A stretch of 64,000 nucleotides of DNA from an uncultured virus (IMG/VR IMGVR_UViG_3300034378_000060). Taxonomy: Duplodnaviria > Heunggongvirae > Uroviricota > Caudoviricetes. Made by a program: the position numbers and the translations under genes. The notes under the pieces are model-generated. The model was not told the origin of the DNA. It did not search any database and saw only the letters and a list, made by a program, of their open reading frames with translations. The DNA is taken from IMG/VR virus record IMGVR_UViG_3300034378_000060; one strand, given 5' to 3'. This document shows, one piece after another, positions 59,959 through 64,000 of this stretch; within the stretch, counting starts at the first letter, position 1; every line of letters begins with the position of its first letter.

Positions 59959-60083
59959 GAAAGATAACCTGACTTAGCAAGAGTAGTAGATAGAGAAAAG
60001 ACTATTTAAACCTTTCGGTGTTTTTAACGGAGAATTCTGTATCAACGAAATAGGAGAAAGATTACCTACAACTACGGCAATCT

Positions 60084-60944
60084 TTATTGTTTTTTTTCAG
60101 TTTGCGGAATTAATAGTTTTGCCTCTTCTTGTTTCTCTCTAGCTTCTTTCATTTCCGCACATTGAGTGCTAGTAAAGGCTGAGTCATAGATGAATTGTAG
60201 GAATTCTTCATCAAAGAATTCATAGATGCTTGATATTGGCACGAAAAATCCCATCCACGTAATTACATCAATGCCGAATCCAAGTTGTAAAGCTGTTATT
60301 CTAGCTGTGATGCCAACATATTCGTAGGTATCACCCAAGAATATCGCCCCGCCAGAGTTTCCAAAGATTGTATTAGCCGTATTCATCCAGTATTCCTTGT
60401 TCTCTATCTTGTCGTGTTTAGAGACCAAGTTTCCAATGGTGAATAGAGGCTCATGACCCAAAGAGCAACCACATGCCACGGTTTCCCGTCCAAGTTTAAT
60501 GTCATCACCTTTTCCTTTCGGAAAGAGTTTTGCAATATGTTCAAACTTGTTCACAGTCTTCGCTCTCAGCATGGCAATATCTAACTCCTTATTCCATGCA
60601 ACAATCTCGGCATCATACGCTGTTCTACCAATGCAACGAGACAGTTTCTCATAGTTGAAGACTTCAATTTGAACGTCTTGACGGTCTTCCTTGACAATCT
60701 TACGTTTTGCTATGCTAGACCATTTCTCAATGAACTTGATAGCATCAGCAACAACGTGATGGCAAGTTACGATATAGGTTTCATATTCCTTATCGTATTC
60801 CTCTTTGTCTTTCGTCTCTGGTGTAGGTTGCGAGTAAATAATTAAGCCAGTTCCGCCCGCTTTCTCTGTCCTCACTCGAACGACTGGATACAGAATATGC
60901 TCGTGAATCTCTTCGATTTTCTTTTTGTTGATTAGCATACTCAC
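60084..60944 (-). CDS. Trypsin-like serine protease
   Basis: TCHHV, DIAML and GNSGG catalytic triad. No signal peptide. Confidence 0.85.
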   Translation of the reverse strand: MSMLINKKKIEEIHEHILYPVVRVRTEKAGGTGLIIYSQPTPETKDKEEYDKEYETYIVTCHHVVADAIKFIEKWSSIAKRKIVKEDRQDVQIEVFNYEKLSRCIGRTAYDAEIVAWNKELDIAMLRAKTVNKFEHIAKLFPKGKGDDIKLGRETVACGCSLGHEPLFTIGNLVSKHDKIENKEYWMNTANTIFGNSGGAIFLGDTYEYVGITARITALQLGFGIDVITWMGFFVPISSIYEFFDEEFLQFIYDSAFTSTQCAEMKEAREKQEEAKLLIPQTEKKQ

Positions 60945-61165
60945 ACCTAATTAATCAACTGATTAAATGCTATATAAATATTTTCCTGCGGATTAACAAT
61001 GTATGGAGAAATTACTCTATCTTAGGAAGCCCGCCAGATTCCCAAAGTCTGCTGTAACATTCTATACACAGATTCATTTTTTTGAAGAATTGTTTTAGAT
61101 TATCCCTTACGTAAGCCTGAAATAGAACTAGAGATTCTTCTTCTCCACAATGGTCGCACTTCATA

Positions 61166-61690
61166 TCATTTTCCATAGTTAAACACCCAACCTATTTCTA
61201 CTGCTGGATTGCCAACTACAATTGCGTAGTTCGCCACATCTTTTGTGACAACCGCCCCACAGCCAACCATTGCTTCTTTGCCAATCGTTACGCCACATCT
61301 GATTGTGGCATTTGCCCCGATGCTTGCCCCTTTACGCACATATGTCGGAGTTACAGACCAGTCACCGATAGCTCTTGGGAAACGGTCATTAGTAAAGCAA
61401 ACCTTAGGTCCAATAAATACTTTACTCTCAACCTTAACACCTTTTGGTATGAAAACACCGTGACCTATCTTGCACATATCGCCAACTTCTCCGCCGATTT
61501 CTGAGTGCGAGCCAACAATGCAGTTCTTACCAATTATGGCTTTATAGAGAACAACATAGTGCCAGACCTTTGTTCCTTTGCCTACTTTCGAACTTGTATT
61601 GACTATACCTTCTCCCTTCATCCATGAGTGGAGTAGTCGTCTGAGCCAGTAGAACATATCAATCACCATAAACCATATCGTAGAGTCCAT
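61166..61690 (-). CDS. Hexapeptide-repeat (sugar) N-acetyltransferase
   Basis: FTNDRFPRA and GASIGANATI...GNPA. Confidence 0.85.
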   Translation of the reverse strand: MDSTIWFMVIDMFYWLRRLLHSWMKGEGIVNTSSKVGKGTKVWHYVVLYKAIIGKNCIVGSHSEIGGEVGDMCKIGHGVFIPKGVKVESKVFIGPKVCFTNDRFPRAIGDWSVTPTYVRKGASIGANATIRCGVTIGKEAMVGCGAVVTKDVANYAIVVGNPAVEIGWVFNYGK

Positions 61691-62525
61691 CGGTTAGATT
61701 CCATTGTGGTGTGAAATCAAGTAACTTCTTTGCTTTCGTCATATCATAGAGGAAAACCGTAGAGTCACAATCACGTAATGGCACAATCTTCGGTTCAACC
61801 TTCACGTTTAAGATAGTGCAACAACGATTGAAGACTTCTCGGATACTCCATGCTGTTCCACTTCCTACGTTAAAGATTTCACGAGTATGTTCAGTTTCAA
61901 GAGCTAACATTGTCATCTCAACTACATCTCGGATATAGATAAAGTCTCCGAGTTGCTTGCCATTAAAGATTGTTGGTGGCTTACCTTGTTTTAGCAATGA
62001 GACGAAACTACCGATAGCCCCCCAATCTTTTCCTTTGCCAAAGATGTAACCGTAACGTAAAATGATGTATGGAAGTTGTCCGCCATAGAACATAATTAGG
62101 TCTTCGGCTATCTTTTTACTCCAACCATACAAGCTAGTTGGATTACATGGTGATTCTTCATTGATTGGAATCATGAAGTTAGGGCGATATACCGCCCCAC
62201 TTGATGTGAATATTAATCGGTTAGCCTTTTTCTTGATACAAGTCTGGATAATGTTCAGCGTTCCTTCTACATTGACTCGTATTCCAAGTGTTGGATTTCC
62301 GTGGACACGTTCGAATTTAGCAACGGCTGCTAAGTGTAGAACTTTGTCTCCTTTACCAATATGTTTCTCGATGTCTTTGGATGTAATGTCGCAAGCAATT
62401 ACGCCTTTTGATGGAATAATATCGAGACCAACAACTTCATAGTTCCGTTTCTTCAGTTCTCTCATTATGTGTTGTCCGATGAAACCACTTGCCCCTGTTA
62501 CAACTATTTTGGACATTATTTCCAC
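61659..62525 (-). CDS. NAD-dependent epimerase/dehydratase
   Basis: TGASGFIG, HLAA and YGWSK. Confidence 0.9.
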   Translation of the reverse strand: MEIMSKIVVTGASGFIGQHIMRELKKRNYEVVGLDIIPSKGVIACDITSKDIEKHIGKGDKVLHLAAVAKFERVHGNPTLGIRVNVEGTLNIIQTCIKKKANRLIFTSSGAVYRPNFMIPINEESPCNPTSLYGWSKKIAEDLIMFYGGQLPYIILRYGYIFGKGKDWGAIGSFVSLLKQGKPPTIFNGKQLGDFIYIRDVVEMTMLALETEHTREIFNVGSGTAWSIREVFNRCCTILNVKVEPKIVPLRDCDSTVFLYDMTKAKKLLDFTPQWNLTDGLYDMVYGD

Positions 62526-63289
62526 CCCATATCTCTATCAAGTAGATTGTAAAGTCTTTGGTTATGAGGTTCAAAATAGTCAACCAATTGTTTTCTAGTA
62601 TCCACATTCATTGGTGGCACGTTACTAGCTTTGCTTTTGAAAGTCGTAGTATTTGCAAATGTTGGCGGTGTCCAAGATGGAAGACCTAAGAATTCGATAA
62701 CATCTTTGTAAACCTGTGCTGGTTGTGTGAACAAGTCTTCACTCTTTATTACGAAGAGTCGGTCTTTCGGAAACACCTGATAATATCTTTCCAACTGTTC
62801 AGCGTAATGCCCTCTCAGCTTATAGCTGTATCTGTAATAGCAAGCTAGTCCTTTAATAGTAAGTATATCGAAAGAACAAGCATTAACCATTAATGCTAGT
62901 CCACGTAATCGTTCCTCTTCTTTTTCGATTGCCTCTTCAAAAGTTAAGTTCTCTACTGGATGCTGATGATACTTTGATTGGAGTGCCCAATGTGAATATG
63001 CTCTTTGAACTGGATTTCGTAATAGAACTATCAACTTAACGTTCGGAATTGTTTGAAGAATCCTCTTTGGAATACACGGATTAAGTATGTATTGAGTTGT
63101 TGATTCGCCTGTGAAGCCCTCTGGAAAATAGGTCTTATACCAGTCAACACCAAACCAGTAATACCAGTCGAAGAAATGAACTTCTTTCGTGATTGCTGAC
63201 TTGATTGATGGATGCTGGTTTAGGCTTCCCCAAAGGCTTGTCGTTCCACCACGTTGAACGCCGAGAATCAGGTAGCTTGGTAGATTCAT
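62516..63289 (-). CDS. PAPS-dependent sulfotransferase
   Basis: GVQRGGTT, KEVHFFD and LRNPVQRAYS. Confidence 0.9.
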   Translation of the reverse strand: MNLPSYLILGVQRGGTTSLWGSLNQHPSIKSAITKEVHFFDWYYWFGVDWYKTYFPEGFTGESTTQYILNPCIPKRILQTIPNVKLIVLLRNPVQRAYSHWALQSKYHQHPVENLTFEEAIEKEEERLRGLALMVNACSFDILTIKGLACYYRYSYKLRGHYAEQLERYYQVFPKDRLFVIKSEDLFTQPAQVYKDVIEFLGLPSWTPPTFANTTTFKSKASNVPPMNVDTRKQLVDYFEPHNQRLYNLLDRDMGWK

Positions 63290-63295
63290 TTTTAC

Positions 63296-63844
63296 TCACC
63301 GTCTTCCGAAAACTCGATTCCAGTAGTTTCGTAGAACTTTGTTTGGGGCAAGATAGATTTGCTCGAACTTTCCATCCTTCGCATATTGTAAGCAAAGTGC
63401 CATCATTGCTTTATAAAGTCCTTTCCTTCTATGTTCTGGTAAGACCATAGCATGATGAAACTCAACAGCATCAACCAGCGTTGCAATAGCACAAACACAA
63501 CCTACGATTTCACCATTGAATTCTGCAAAAACCACGCCTTCAGCAGTTGGTGGAGTTTTAAACCATTGAGTAGTTATCCATTCCCGACTTTGTGGTTTCA
63601 GTTTTGTCAGAGCTTGTTCTAGTGCTTCTTGAGAATAACCTCTCACTTCTTGTAAGTGTATCCAACCCTGTCTATCTTTCTCGCATAATCCATTACCAAT
63701 TTTGGCAAATCGAACAGCATATCCTTTAGGTAATTCGACCTTCGGAACTTGTTTGATGTCTGCTGTCCGAAACCAATTGCTCACTTGAATCCCAACTTGT
63801 AGCAACGTTTCAGAGCTTTCTTCAATCCTACTTTGGGAGTCCAA
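63296..63844 (-). CDS. GNAT family acetyltransferase (true start probably near 63787)
   Basis: VLPEHRRKGL. Confidence 0.7.
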   Translation of the reverse strand: MDSQSRIEESSETLLQVGIQVSNWFRTADIKQVPKVELPKGYAVRFAKIGNGLCEKDRQGWIHLQEVRGYSQEALEQALTKLKPQSREWITTQWFKTPPTAEGVVFAEFNGEIVGCVCAIATLVDAVEFHHAMVLPEHRRKGLYKAMMALCLQYAKDGKFEQIYLAPNKVLRNYWNRVFGRR

Positions 63845-64000
63845 CCTAAGAGCTTCTTGGCTTTCTCAATCGAGATGTCTTCTTTGAAAACATCGCCTTC
63901 TCTAGCTGGAATAAACTTTACTTCATACTTGTGGTTTCTTCCATTGACAACTTCATTCGCCATGTCAGCCATCATGTTGACAGTATATGTTTTGCTTCCG
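63781..64000 (-). CDS. NAD-dependent epimerase C-terminus, partial
   Basis: PAREGDV...SIEKAKKLLGWTPKV. Confidence 0.75.
   Translation of the reverse strand, partial: GSKTYTVNMMADMANEVVNGRNHKYEVKFIPAREGDVFKEDISIEKAKKLLGWTPKVGLKKALKRCYKLGFK

Noticed and set aside
3924..60966. 16-bp palindromes as a CRISPR array
   Set aside because: They are too short, irregularly spaced over kilobases, and some lie inside genes.
1..64000. Integrase, reverse transcriptase/DGR, major capsid or portal genes
   Set aside because: No supporting motifs were recognised in this window. Head genes probably lie beyond the left edge.

Overview
The whole window looks like part of a large (>64 kb) tailed archaeal virus (Caudoviricetes). 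The likely host is a TACK archaeon, probably Bathyarchaeia. This is inferred from BRE-TATA promoters, a PolB1-like polymerase, Alba, eS30 and dockerin-like proteins. Recognisable modules are a prohead protease and head-associated ORFs (left edge), terminase large subunit, Cas4-like nuclease, a siphovirus-type tail module (with a -1 frameshift chaperone pair and a short tape measure), PolB, a MoxR AAA+/vWA pair, a KaiC-like ATPase, a TOPRIM protein, tRNA-Gly and a glycan-modification cluster (right edge). Three unexplained patterns stand out. (1) At least 27 unrelated small reading frames all end in F-x-F-R immediately before the stop codon, with freely varying synonymous codons, which points to a shared C-terminal peptide tag. 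(2) Three ORFs beside the prohead protease share V-x-E-T sites followed by a C-terminal Trp-containing helix. (3) A 16-bp palindrome, TTAATCAATTGATTAA, occurs in about 25 near-copies, often beside promoters. All protein calls are from motif recognition by eye; no database searches were run.
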